A stretch of 64,000 nt of DNA from a virus. Under the pieces are notes generated by a model. The model made no database searches. It was given only the letters and a program-made list of their open reading frames with translations, and was not told the DNA's origin. Made by a program: the position numbers and the translations under genes. Location of the stretch: UHGV virus genome UHGV-1550212. One strand, 5' to 3'. Of the stretch, positions 47,152 to 55,800 are shown in pieces; the first letter of the stretch is position 1, and each line of letters opens with the position of its first letter.

Positions 47152-47848
47152 ATGCTTTGCAATTATCTATTACATGTTGATATTGTACTTCATCTATGAT
47201 GTGATTTGCAATGACACCATATGACGTGTCATACATTGGCATCTTCTCATATGACAATGCTGCGTCAAGATTGCATATCACATAATTGCAATGCACAATG
47301 TCATCTACATTGTCACTAACTGCTACGATATTGACGCAATTTGCAAGAAATGCATCATCAAAGTCTACTTGATTGCATGCAACCTCATAATCTGCAGCAC
47401 TTCTTGGGTACCAATATAACTCAATGCCGGCACTACTAAGTAGTCGCAAGCCATCTATGTGATGATACAAGTCAACAAAATGCACTTGCTTAACGCCTGC
47501 TTGCAAAATAAGCTTTGCGCAATCAATGCATGGACTATATGTTACATATAGCACTGCGTCATTTGCAGTCGCATTGCCATATTTGCACAGCTTCATCAAT
47601 GCATTTGATTCTGCATGCAAAACTTCTTTGTTGGTTTTGATGCCTGCTGATGTTGCATGTTCACAACAATTTGACATGCCAGTTGGCATGCCATTGTAGC
47701 CATCTGAAATTATGCAGCCATCTTTTACAAGCAATGCGCCGACTTTTGCTCGCTGAGCATGTGAATTTAATGACCAGAGCTCAGCCATTTTAAGATATAT
47801 GAGATTTCGTTGAAACCACTTTGTTTCAGACCAAGTTAGCCATTTCAT
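47123..47848 (-). CDS. dCMP deaminase (zinc-dependent cytidine/deoxycytidylate deaminase family)
   Basis: HAESNAL and YSPCIDCAKLI zinc-binding motifs; ~90-aa C-terminal extension. Confidence 0.8.
   Translation of the reverse strand: MKWLTWSETKWFQRNLIYLKMAELWSLNSHAQRAKVGALLVKDGCIISDGYNGMPTGMSNCCEHATSAGIKTNKEVLHAESNALMKLCKYGNATANDAVLYVTYSPCIDCAKLILQAGVKQVHFVDLYHHIDGLRLLSSAGIELYWYPRSAADYEVACNQVDFDDAFLANCVNIVAVSDNVDDIVHCNYVICNLDAALSYEKMPMYDTSYGVIANHIIDEVQYQHVIDNCKAYEQTLHFEI
47181..47210 (-). promoter_or_regulatory. sigma70-like promoter (TTGCAA-N18-TACAAT)
   Basis: Upstream of 45985..47151, inside the 3' end of the dCMP deaminase gene. Confidence 0.45.
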
Positions 47849-47852
47849 ATGC

Positions 47853-49235
47853 TTATAGTGAATTTATGATTTTGCTGAAGTCTGTTACAATGTTTGAATG
47901 CAACTCAATGAGATAGTTGTCTTGCAATGTCATAAGCTCATCAAGTTCATCTACACTTAATGACTTGAAGACTTCTGCACAATGCTTGGCATTTTTGATG
48001 TGTGCGACTTTATGATACTTGATAAAGTCAGGACACACACAATTATTCACGTACATACAAGGCAAGCCTGCAAGCATTGATTCAGTTGCTCTGAATGTAA
48101 TTGCGTTGCATTGTTTCATATTCTCTTCACACACAATGTATGCAAAATCGAACTGTGACAAGTATGTTAACATGTCAAAATACTTGATTGTGCCATCATA
48201 GACATGTGGCATATCAATGTCAATATTGCCGACAACATGAGTTTCGATGTCTGCGCAGCCAAGCAAATCAATGACTTCTTGTTTGCGTTCAGCACACATG
48301 TCATTCCAAGCCACCATCGGCATTGCAGTAGTCAACTTGCCTGATTGCAATTTTGCTAAACGTTTTTCATTATGTGATGCATACAATGGAATGCCTTCAA
48401 GTCTTGCATGCTGAATTGCGTTGACATTGATTTCTGTCAACATTGACAACGCATTATGTATGTTCTGCGCTTGTGTGACAACTGTCATCTTTTTGCAGTG
48501 CAATCTAAAGTTTGCAATGTGTGGCACGAGTCGTAAATCATACCATAGCCATACAATGTCGCCCTTCCATGATTCAATGAGCTGCTTGTGCTGTTTGTAG
48601 ATGACTGACTGACTCATCGAGTCATTCATTGCTGAGCATACAATGTACAACACACCATATTTGTCAATTGAGTGCTGCACATAGTCAGCTGAGCAGCATA
48701 GCACATCTTTGTCGAAAAGTTTTGGGTCATGCACTTCTGCATCATCTACAATAAGATGCGCCTTGTATTGATGCCGCTTTGTTACATCAATGATGCGAGC
48801 AATTGCGAAACATTCTCTGCTTTGAATGTCTGTCTTGTCTTGTCGCAGCTGGTCTTGTGTTCGTACTGGATACGCAGGTTTCAGTATTACAGGCACAAAA
48901 TGTGTTTTTGCAGAATATGGTGCATCTACTGCAGCAAACTCCGCGTTGCATCGTTGTGAATGCAGATGTCGTGCATATGATTGCAACAATTCATGAATCA
49001 TTGCAATATACTCTTCCAATTCAAACAGCTCGTGTTCAGTTGCGTTTGTTATGTCAACTACGACAGTTTGTCGCACAATTGGATACACACAAATAACGTA
49101 ATCATTATATGGCAGTGGAATGCCTATAAATGTTGAGCATCTGTTTCGAAGCCATGCAATGCAATCAACATCAAACACAATTTCATATTGCTGCTGCAAA
49201 GCATTTAATTGCGCTATAATCAAATCATTGTGCAT
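47853..49235 (-). CDS. putative GT-B fold glycosyltransferase
   Basis: C-terminal ...YIVCEENMKQCNAITFRATESMLAGLPCMYVN resembles the E-x7-E / G.P donor-binding motif of GT1/GT4 enzymes; two tandem promoters upstream. Confidence 0.45.
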   Translation of the reverse strand: MHNDLIIAQLNALQQQYEIVFDVDCIAWLRNRCSTFIGIPLPYNDYVICVYPIVRQTVVVDITNATEHELFELEEYIAMIHELLQSYARHLHSQRCNAEFAAVDAPYSAKTHFVPVILKPAYPVRTQDQLRQDKTDIQSRECFAIARIIDVTKRHQYKAHLIVDDAEVHDPKLFDKDVLCCSADYVQHSIDKYGVLYIVCSAMNDSMSQSVIYKQHKQLIESWKGDIVWLWYDLRLVPHIANFRLHCKKMTVVTQAQNIHNALSMLTEINVNAIQHARLEGIPLYASHNEKRLAKLQSGKLTTAMPMVAWNDMCAERKQEVIDLLGCADIETHVVGNIDIDMPHVYDGTIKYFDMLTYLSQFDFAYIVCEENMKQCNAITFRATESMLAGLPCMYVNNCVCPDFIKYHKVAHIKNAKHCAEVFKSLSVDELDELMTLQDNYLIELHSNIVTDFSKIINSL

Positions 49236-49264
49236 GTTCGTATTGTTTTATCATATATGAATAT

Positions 49265-49293
49265 ATTGTACAACATGTATTGAGCTTTTGCAC
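49265..49293 (-). promoter_or_regulatory. sigma70-like promoter, proximal of a tandem pair (GTGCAA-N17-TACAAT)
   Basis: 29 nt upstream of the GT-B gene ATG (49235). Confidence 0.5.
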
Positions 49294-49317
49294 AACACTT
49301 GTTGTTAAAATATCGTC

Positions 49318-49346
49318 ATTGTACAACATAAAGTGCATACTTGCAC
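49318..49346 (-). promoter_or_regulatory. sigma70-like promoter, distal of a tandem pair (GTGCAA-N17-TACAAT)
   Basis: ~53 bp upstream of the first copy; a third, degenerate unit overlaps the terminator palindrome. Confidence 0.45.
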
Positions 49347-49374
49347 TTTGTGTTGCTAAAAATATCGTTATTGT

Positions 49375-49410
49375 ACATAAAACAAGCAGACTGCAATTGC
49401 AGTCTGCTTG
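49375..49410 (-). terminator. intrinsic terminator
   Basis: 28-bp perfect palindrome CAAGCAGACTGCAATTGCAGTCTGCTTG followed by UUUUAUG on the minus strand; downstream of 49456..50001. Confidence 0.55.
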
Positions 49411-49455
49411 CACTTTACTAACCCTTAAAATCAATGACACTATGTCAATGTCATT

Positions 49456-50001
49456 TTAATTTGCGTCTGCTTCCTGCAATTCAGCTTCAGCAGTCTTTTC
49501 AGCAAGTTCGGCTTGCTTACGCTTGTCGATTTCCTGCAAACATGCGTCAAGTGCAGTGGCGTTTTCACGATACTGCTCATCGAACTTCTGTACTTCTGCT
49601 GCAGGTGCCTCAAGCAGATTGTTGAGTGAATCAAGTGCTGCAGCAACCTGAGCACCCTTGAACTTCGTCGTCGATACAGCACGAACAATGTACTTGAACT
49701 CGAAGATGCCCATGGTGCTTCGTCCTTTTGCAGCGCCCGTAGCCCATGCAGCAAATGCGACAACATCACGCATAAGTTGCATATCAAACTCAAGCTGCGG
49801 CAAAACAAGTTCGCACACATTACGTGCAACAGACTTGAGCAATTCGCCATCAGTCGTGACAATCATCTGCATTGACTGCGATTTGTCTTCGAGTTCTTTT
49901 CGAGCTTCACTGAGCGACTTTTTGAGTGCTTCCAGTTGCTCCATTGTCATGTCTTTGAGTTCAGTTGCAGGCTTTGCTGCAACAGCATTTTTCTTTGCCA
50001 T
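49456..50001 (-). CDS. hypothetical Lys/Ala/Glu-rich protein
   Basis: Start set to ATG at 50001 (MAKKNAVAAKP...); coiled-coil-like; locally GC-richer coding sequence. Confidence 0.45.
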   Translation of the reverse strand: MAKKNAVAAKPATELKDMTMEQLEALKKSLSEARKELEDKSQSMQMIVTTDGELLKSVARNVCELVLPQLEFDMQLMRDVVAFAAWATGAAKGRSTMGIFEFKYIVRAVSTTKFKGAQVAAALDSLNNLLEAPAAEVQKFDEQYRENATALDACLQEIDKRKQAELAEKTAEAELQEADAN

Positions 50002-50015
50002 ATGAATAAATTGTG

Positions 50016-50576
50016 TTATGAGATGATTTTGATGATTGCTAATGCTAATGCTGCTAAGCACAATGCACTTAACAGAATCTTCCATATTGCAGCGGAACAT
50101 CTTAACAATCGTAAGGGCTGTTCTTCTGCATATGCAAGATATTCAAGTTCAGCAACATTTGACATCACAGTTCTAATGATGCCATTACCAGTGTAGTTAT
50201 GTCGAAGCGTTACGACATCAAGCAGATTGTTTTGCACAAGTTGATTGAAGACAGGTTCCATGCGTTCATGCATGATGTGCTCAACAATTGCAACTGAGTC
50301 AAGTGCTTCAAATTCTGTACCTTGTATTGTTGCAATGACTTCAGCAGGGAGCTGCGTATGCACAATGAGACATCGTTGTTCATTGAACAATGCAAATCCA
50401 CTGTTCTTCAAAAATGTCAAAAAGTACTCATGCTCAGGGTCATTAAGATAGTCAAGCAGATATTGATGCCACTTGTTAGCTTCTGCATCAAGCTTGTTTA
50501 GACGTCGAATGACACCAAATGGCCATAAAGCCAATTTGACGTTGTGGAGGATGGTTTTATATTTCATATGCATCAA
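50016..50576 (-). CDS. hypothetical protein with C-terminal membrane anchor
   Basis: 186 aa ending in hydrophobic LSALCLAALALAIIKIIS. Confidence 0.45.
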   Translation of the reverse strand: MMHMKYKTILHNVKLALWPFGVIRRLNKLDAEANKWHQYLLDYLNDPEHEYFLTFLKNSGFALFNEQRCLIVHTQLPAEVIATIQGTEFEALDSVAIVEHIMHERMEPVFNQLVQNNLLDVVTLRHNYTGNGIIRTVMSNVAELEYLAYAEEQPLRLLRCSAAIWKILLSALCLAALALAIIKIIS

Positions 50577-51571
50577 TGTTCAAGATGACATGCGCCATTC
50601 TGACAGCCTGTATTGCCATCTGACACGCTTGCAAGATTTGCATTGTTGCTGCCGCCAGCAGCTTGACCAGCATTGCCAGATGAGCCTACAATGCTTATGA
50701 GTCTGCTATCAGACATTGCAGAGCCTACATTAGCTGAACCTGATTTGCTTGGCAATGATATTCTGGCTTCATCATAGTTGCCACCAAATGTGATGTTCAA
50801 ATCAAGTGTAGAATCATCACCATCAATGTCAATGTCGTGCTCGTAGTCTGTAATGATGTCATCGCCAGCCCATATATTATCGCCAGAATTAATTGCAGGA
50901 TATTGCAAGTGTAATGTCAATGGAAGCTTGATGACTGCATCAATGTCTTCTTTGCCATGCGCAATTGTATGCTGAGCATCCATAGAAGACACATCAAATT
51001 CATATGATGCGCCATGCATGGTGCCTGCCCAGACAAAGCCATACATGTTCAACTGATACAGCTTGCTAAGCAAATACTCGTAAGTCTCAAGCGCAGTTAG
51101 CCAATCTGTTGAAAACACTTGAGCATTGATTGCAAAGTCTACTGGTATTCGTCTCATTGTGCTATACAATGCAACAGGCACGCCGTCAATTGTAGCAATC
51201 AAACGAATCTGTGTATCTTGCATGCCAAGTGCTTGTTTGTTGATTCGATGCGACTCTACTTCAACAACACATCGTGGCACAGTTTGAACAAAGTTCTTCG
51301 CGTCAACTAATGCATTTTCAAGTGAATTTGTTGGTGTATTGCCAACTGGGCTTGAGCCTTTACCAACAAGTTCACCTGACCAATATCGTTGGTCGCCAGT
51401 GCTCAGCATGTATGTTGGCATATTCAGACGAGCATACAAATCAGACAGCAGACCAATAAATGCATTACGAAAGAAGTGCTGAAATGTCACGTCTTTTGCA
51501 TTGACTTGCTGTTTGATTGCAGCTTGAGCTGATTTCAGCTCAGCTGAGCCTCTGTTCAGTGAATCTTTCAT
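50573..51571 (-). CDS. hypothetical protein with Gly/Ser/Asn-rich C-terminus
   Basis: 332-aa ORF; 4-nt overlap with upstream gene. Confidence 0.5.
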   Translation of the reverse strand: MKDSLNRGSAELKSAQAAIKQQVNAKDVTFQHFFRNAFIGLLSDLYARLNMPTYMLSTGDQRYWSGELVGKGSSPVGNTPTNSLENALVDAKNFVQTVPRCVVEVESHRINKQALGMQDTQIRLIATIDGVPVALYSTMRRIPVDFAINAQVFSTDWLTALETYEYLLSKLYQLNMYGFVWAGTMHGASYEFDVSSMDAQHTIAHGKEDIDAVIKLPLTLHLQYPAINSGDNIWAGDDIITDYEHDIDIDGDDSTLDLNITFGGNYDEARISLPSKSGSANVGSAMSDSRLISIVGSSGNAGQAAGGSNNANLASVSDGNTGCQNGACHLEH

Positions 51572-52002
51572 TGGTCAAGCATGTCATTAGCTGCTTTTTG
51601 CTGCATAACAAGTTTTAGCAAAGCGTCATTACCCTGTGATTCAAGCATGTCTTTAGCTATGATGAGCTTGTTTGTGTATGACAACTGGTCCCAACAAAGC
51701 TTTGTGTCAAGCTCATAGTATGTGTTGATTGCATCAAACACATCAATAAGCTGCAAAGCATTTCTTGTTAACGCAGCGCATTTTGCGATGCACTCATTGT
51801 ATTTTGTAGGCTCAATGAACTTGTATTTGCGAAGTCTTATTCTAATGTACCTGTGATACGAAGACTTTTGCAAAAACTGTTCTATTGTAGATGTTGCTGA
51901 TGCTACTACAGTGTCGTCATTGATTGAAAGCTTGTCGTATTTGATTTCAAACCGCTCAAGTTCCGTAGATAGCCATTCATTGTCAAATATCGACTTGCCC
52001 AT
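51568..52002 (-). CDS. hypothetical protein
   Basis: 144-aa ORF. Confidence 0.45.
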   Translation of the reverse strand: MGKSIFDNEWLSTELERFEIKYDKLSINDDTVVASATSTIEQFLQKSSYHRYIRIRLRKYKFIEPTKYNECIAKCAALTRNALQLIDVFDAINTYYELDTKLCWDQLSYTNKLIIAKDMLESQGNDALLKLVMQQKAANDMLDQ

Positions 52003-52026
52003 AGCGTATGAACTGCTTATAGTGTG

Positions 52027-52344
52027 TTATTGCATATTGTCGACAATCAGCTGTTCAAGTGCAATAGCTGACAATGCACCAGTAGCACGACCAACTTCAA
52101 TGCAATCACGAAAGACAATTGTCGTTGGCACTGAACGAACATTGTGAGTGCTATCAAGTTCATCGCACTCTTCAACATTCACTTCAGCAAATGTCACCTT
52201 GCCATTGAATTTCTTTTCAGTTGACTCGAAAATTGGCGCATAGCCTTGACAAGGCACGCACCATGGCGCACTGAACTTCACTACAACGAGCGGATTGTTT
52301 GCAAGCGCTCGAGCCATTTCGGCTTTATGTTTGAGTTGCAACAT
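52027..52344 (-). CDS. thioredoxin
   Basis: Active-site WCVPC within a thioredoxin-like context (VVVKFSAPWCVPCQGYAPIFE). Confidence 0.8.
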   Translation of the reverse strand: MLQLKHKAEMARALANNPLVVVKFSAPWCVPCQGYAPIFESTEKKFNGKVTFAEVNVEECDELDSTHNVRSVPTTIVFRDCIEVGRATGALSAIALEQLIVDNMQ

Positions 52345-52384
52345 ATCTTTGTATTTTTGTTATTGCAGTTATATTTATACGCAA

Positions 52385-52825
52385 TCATGCATTGTCTTCT
52401 ACAGCAAGAACAACTTCAAGCAATCTTGCGGTGCTTTTGCTAATGTTCTTATCTTTGACGTTGGTGAGCTTTTTAAGGTCATACTGCATGATACGCTCAA
52501 GCTTCTTTGCAGACTTGACTATGTCAACATCTTCAGCACGCATTGCTTTTGCAATTTGTGCTGCAAAGATGCGCTTATAGATATCAAGTTCTACGAAATC
52601 TACTGCTTTGATGCCCTGTTCTTTGTACAGCTCAGTCAATGCTAAGCCAAACTGATTTGACGCTCTGTCAAAATCAACTTTTGTTGCGGGCTGTTGTGTT
52701 GCATTTGCTGCAGCTTGAATTCGCTTTGTGACAAGCAAATAAGTGTCAAACACACCTTTGAGGTCTCGCTGCTCAACTATAGGCCGCAGCATTTCTTTGA
52801 TTTCAGTAGAAGTGTATGGTTGCAT
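52385..52825 (-). CDS. hypothetical protein
   Basis: 146-aa ORF with promoter at 52845-52873. Confidence 0.45.
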   Translation of the reverse strand: MQPYTSTEIKEMLRPIVEQRDLKGVFDTYLLVTKRIQAAANATQQPATKVDFDRASNQFGLALTELYKEQGIKAVDFVELDIYKRIFAAQIAKAMRAEDVDIVKSAKKLERIMQYDLKKLTNVKDKNISKSTARLLEVVLAVEDNA

Positions 52826-52844
52826 ATTGTTTTGTTATATGATT

Positions 52845-52873
52845 AATGTACTACGTAGCATCAACTTTTGCAC
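52845..52873 (-). promoter_or_regulatory. sigma70-like promoter (GTGCAA-N17-TACATT)
   Basis: Upstream of 52385..52825. Confidence 0.45.
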
Positions 52874-52878
52874 AAATG

Positions 52879-54474
52879 TCAAAGCTTGAATTTTTGCACT
52901 TTTGCATCTACTGGCATCTTTTCAGCGTCATAGATTCGTTTTCGAGCAGCAAAGTGTTGCATGTCATAATTGCAGTAGCAATAGCCTTTGCGAAGCTTGA
53001 CAAGCATATCACTGTGAATTGTAAGCTTATGTGCAATATCAATAATGATTGCTTTCTGCTTAAGTGGATGCTTACGCAACAGTCGCCCAATTGACTGCAA
53101 TGTTACGTTGTCAGATTTGCCAATCATCAAGAATGCAGCATAAAACCAAGCATGCACAGATACGCCTGTAGATAATGTACCAGTTGTTGCAATCATGATG
53201 TGTCTGTCAGGCTCTGCTTCCATCATTGCAAGCATGTCTTTGCGTTCATGCAAGGGTACATCACCTCTAATGATGTGAACAACCTTGTCAACACCAGACT
53301 GCTGTATGAATGTTTGACAAGCATCATAGATGTTCTGCACATGGTCTCGTCGTTTGCAAAGTACAAGAGCATTTTTGTCAAGCGAACAAATGATTTTTGC
53401 AATGAGCTTGTTAGCATCGACATAGTTCATGCAATGATGTTGTTCTGCTGGAAGCAGTCTTGCAGTGTTATCAAACACTTCAGGATGCTCTTCAAGATAC
53501 TGCACAAATGGCGCATCATATTCTGCTGAATGCTCAATGACTACTCGTTTGATTTCAAAGTCAGACACAATGTTCTTTTCAAGTGCTTGAGCTACGCCAA
53601 ATGTGCCCAATATTGGCCCAATGTATGATTCAATTGTCAAACGAGCTGCAGTATGCTCAAGTGGCAATGAACCAGACACTCCAAGACGATAATGAGCTTT
53701 TGTGCAATGACTGAAGATTTCACGAATTGATGCTGCAGGTGCACCATGAGCTTCATCAGTTACAATGAAGTCAAACTGTTCGAAAAAGTCTGCTGGCATA
53801 TTGACAAGACTTTGATATGTGCCGACAACCATATCTGCATCTTGCATCTTGTACTCATTGCGAACACCTGAATGGATTTTGTAGAGTTTGTAATTCTTGT
53901 TTGCTAAATCTGACTCATTTTGTTGATAGCTGACAACAATATCGTCAAACGCTTGTGACACGAGATGCACCGAGGGCACAATCATAAGTGTTTTGCCATT
54001 GATTCTCTTGCTGTCTTTTAAGAAGCGACTAATTACATAAACAAGAGCTGTTTTGCCATAAGAAGTCGCAAGGCGCAAACAACATTTCTTGAATTTGCAA
54101 GCAGTCAAAATGAATTTGAGCTGGTCATCACGCATGTCAAATGGCATATCAAGACATTCTGACCATTGCTCAAGCTCTTCAAGTGACACAATGCGGTCAA
54201 AGTTGTCAATGAGGCCCTCAATCTTGACTTCATATGGAATTGGCTTACGCAATTGTAGGTCCCAGATACGCTTCCATAAGCCAAATGGCAGGTATACGCC
54301 ATTGAACACATAGCAAATTTGCCCATTCCAATCTGTTTTGCGTCCTTTGCGCTTATTGACTGCTGCTGCAACAAAGTTTGGCACTTCTGCAGTAGCTTCA
54401 GCATACAATTGCTTGACTTCCAAATCATTTGCTTCGACAATCTGAAGCAAATCGCCTATGACTTTAAGTCTCAT
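52879..54474 (-). CDS. SF2 DEAH-box helicase (UvsW-like)
   Basis: Motif I LATSYGKTA, motif II IVTDEAHGA, motif VI QSIGRLLR; start trimmed to the ATG at 54474 downstream of the terminator hairpin at 54491-54528. Confidence 0.75.
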   Translation of the reverse strand: MRLKVIGDLLQIVEANDLEVKQLYAEATAEVPNFVAAAVNKRKGRKTDWNGQICYVFNGVYLPFGLWKRIWDLQLRKPIPYEVKIEGLIDNFDRIVSLEELEQWSECLDMPFDMRDDQLKFILTACKFKKCCLRLATSYGKTALVYVISRFLKDSKRINGKTLMIVPSVHLVSQAFDDIVVSYQQNESDLANKNYKLYKIHSGVRNEYKMQDADMVVGTYQSLVNMPADFFEQFDFIVTDEAHGAPAASIREIFSHCTKAHYRLGVSGSLPLEHTAARLTIESYIGPILGTFGVAQALEKNIVSDFEIKRVVIEHSAEYDAPFVQYLEEHPEVFDNTARLLPAEQHHCMNYVDANKLIAKIICSLDKNALVLCKRRDHVQNIYDACQTFIQQSGVDKVVHIIRGDVPLHERKDMLAMMEAEPDRHIMIATTGTLSTGVSVHAWFYAAFLMIGKSDNVTLQSIGRLLRKHPLKQKAIIIDIAHKLTIHSDMLVKLRKGYCYCNYDMQHFAARKRIYDAEKMPVDAKVQKFKL

Positions 54475-54490
54475 GACATGACTTGTTATG

Positions 54491-54528
54491 AAAAAGAGGC
54501 TCAGACAGACATTGTTTGTCTGAGCCTC
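54491..54528 (-). terminator. intrinsic terminator
   Basis: 11-bp stem GAGGCTCAGAC/GTCTGAGCCTC, U5 on the minus strand; downstream of 54554..55684. Confidence 0.6.
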
Positions 54529-54553
54529 GAGCATCTTTGATGCGTTTGTGCTA

Positions 54554-55684
54554 CTACTTGAGCCCGTTGATGAATGCTTCAGTTTCAGCATCCATCGTTG
54601 CTGCTGCAGGTGCTGCTGCCGGAGCTGCTGCAGGTGCAGGTTCTGGTGCAGGCGCTAAAGCTGCTGCAAACGGGTCAATGGCTGTCTGAGCTGCTGGTGC
54701 AGTAGCAGGCGCAGCTGCCTGAGCTGTTGCAGGTGCAGGCTGAGTAGTCTGTGCCTGCTGAGCTGCTGACGAATTGATGACAATGTCAGGCCAGATATCC
54801 GACACATCCTTGTAGTTAGCAAGGCGCATCTTAACCTGACGCTTGATGTCATCAGAAGCTTCGTGGTAGCCCCACTCCTTTTCGACATTCGGGTACTCCT
54901 TGAGCATGTCGACAATCTGCTGCATAATTTGCTGCTTGTATGCAGGGTCAGTGTCATACTTCGCCTGGTCAACAAGCGTGCCATCTGCAAGCAGCATCGA
55001 CGATACGTTGGGCGAAATCGTCGAAGTCTCGTAGTCACGCATTTCAACGCCATTGACGTCTTTCAGCGTAATCTTCAAGAGAATGTCGTGGCCCTTAACG
55101 GGATGGAACATGTCCATAGGCTGAGCACCCATCTGGATGTCTTCGTCGGTAGGCTTCATTGCAGACATGCAACGCTTGTAGATGGCTGCAGGGAGTCGAT
55201 ATGGGAGTACTTTCCCAACGTTCTCAGGGTGCACTGAATCAGCCTTGATTTGCACGAGGCAAGTGTACTGACTCTGCATGCTGAACTCTCGCTTTGCAAG
55301 CGCTTCCTGCTGAGCATCCTTGGTATTGATGAGTTCCCAGTAGAATGCCGAAATGGGACACCATCCATAGGGCTTCATCAAATTTTCAGGATTTTCAGGA
55401 TGCGGATTCGGCGAGCTCGGCGAATTGTAGCGGAAGCCCTGATTAGCGCCAGTGCCAAACCAGTAGTAACGGACGATTGAAATCGGCACCGCGGGGTCAT
55501 TCAAGTTCGGCAGAATTCGAATGACTGCTCGATAGATTCGGTCCTTACTTTCGGAAGGCTTAGGATTAAAAAACTCAGGTCCTGCAGAACGTTCCGGCTT
55601 AGCAAAGCTTGCTACATTGTCCGGCTGGACATCAAAGATTGACAGCGGCTGATTACCGGTCTGCCCATTTTCAATTTGTGACAT
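54554..55684 (-). CDS. hypothetical protein with Ala/Pro-rich low-complexity C-terminal region
   Basis: 376 aa; visibly GC-richer codon usage than neighbours; C-terminal (AP/AAP)n linker then a short conserved-looking tip; possible abundant DNA-binding protein. Confidence 0.5.
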   Translation of the reverse strand: MSQIENGQTGNQPLSIFDVQPDNVASFAKPERSAGPEFFNPKPSESKDRIYRAVIRILPNLNDPAVPISIVRYYWFGTGANQGFRYNSPSSPNPHPENPENLMKPYGWCPISAFYWELINTKDAQQEALAKREFSMQSQYTCLVQIKADSVHPENVGKVLPYRLPAAIYKRCMSAMKPTDEDIQMGAQPMDMFHPVKGHDILLKITLKDVNGVEMRDYETSTISPNVSSMLLADGTLVDQAKYDTDPAYKQQIMQQIVDMLKEYPNVEKEWGYHEASDDIKRQVKMRLANYKDVSDIWPDIVINSSAAQQAQTTQPAPATAQAAAPATAPAAQTAIDPFAAALAPAPEPAPAAAPAAAPAAATMDAETEAFINGLK

Positions 55685-55771
55685 CGCAATAAAATTTTAG
55701 AAAGTTTAACAAAAAGTTTGAAATGAACTCTTCAGAAAAGCTTCAGAAGTTTATTTGTTATTTGTATATGT

Positions 55772-55800
55772 ATTGTATAACATGCAAAGTACTTTTGCAC
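55772..55800 (-). promoter_or_regulatory. sigma70-like promoter (GTGCAA-N17-TACAAT)
   Basis: Upstream of 54554..55684 with ~87-nt leader. Confidence 0.5.

Noticed and set aside
49440-49862. Overlapping minus-strand ORF (140 aa) in another frame of 49456..50001
   Set aside because: Shadow ORF within a GC-richer gene; the frame starting MAKKNAVAAKP is coherent and abuts the upstream gene and the terminator.
54554-55684. Calling 54554..55684 the SSB
   Set aside because: The Ala/Pro linker is suggestive but the C-terminal tip is not acidic-aromatic and no OB-fold signature was recognised; 7944..8771 carries the better SSB-like tail (DDGDLPF). Left as hypothetical.
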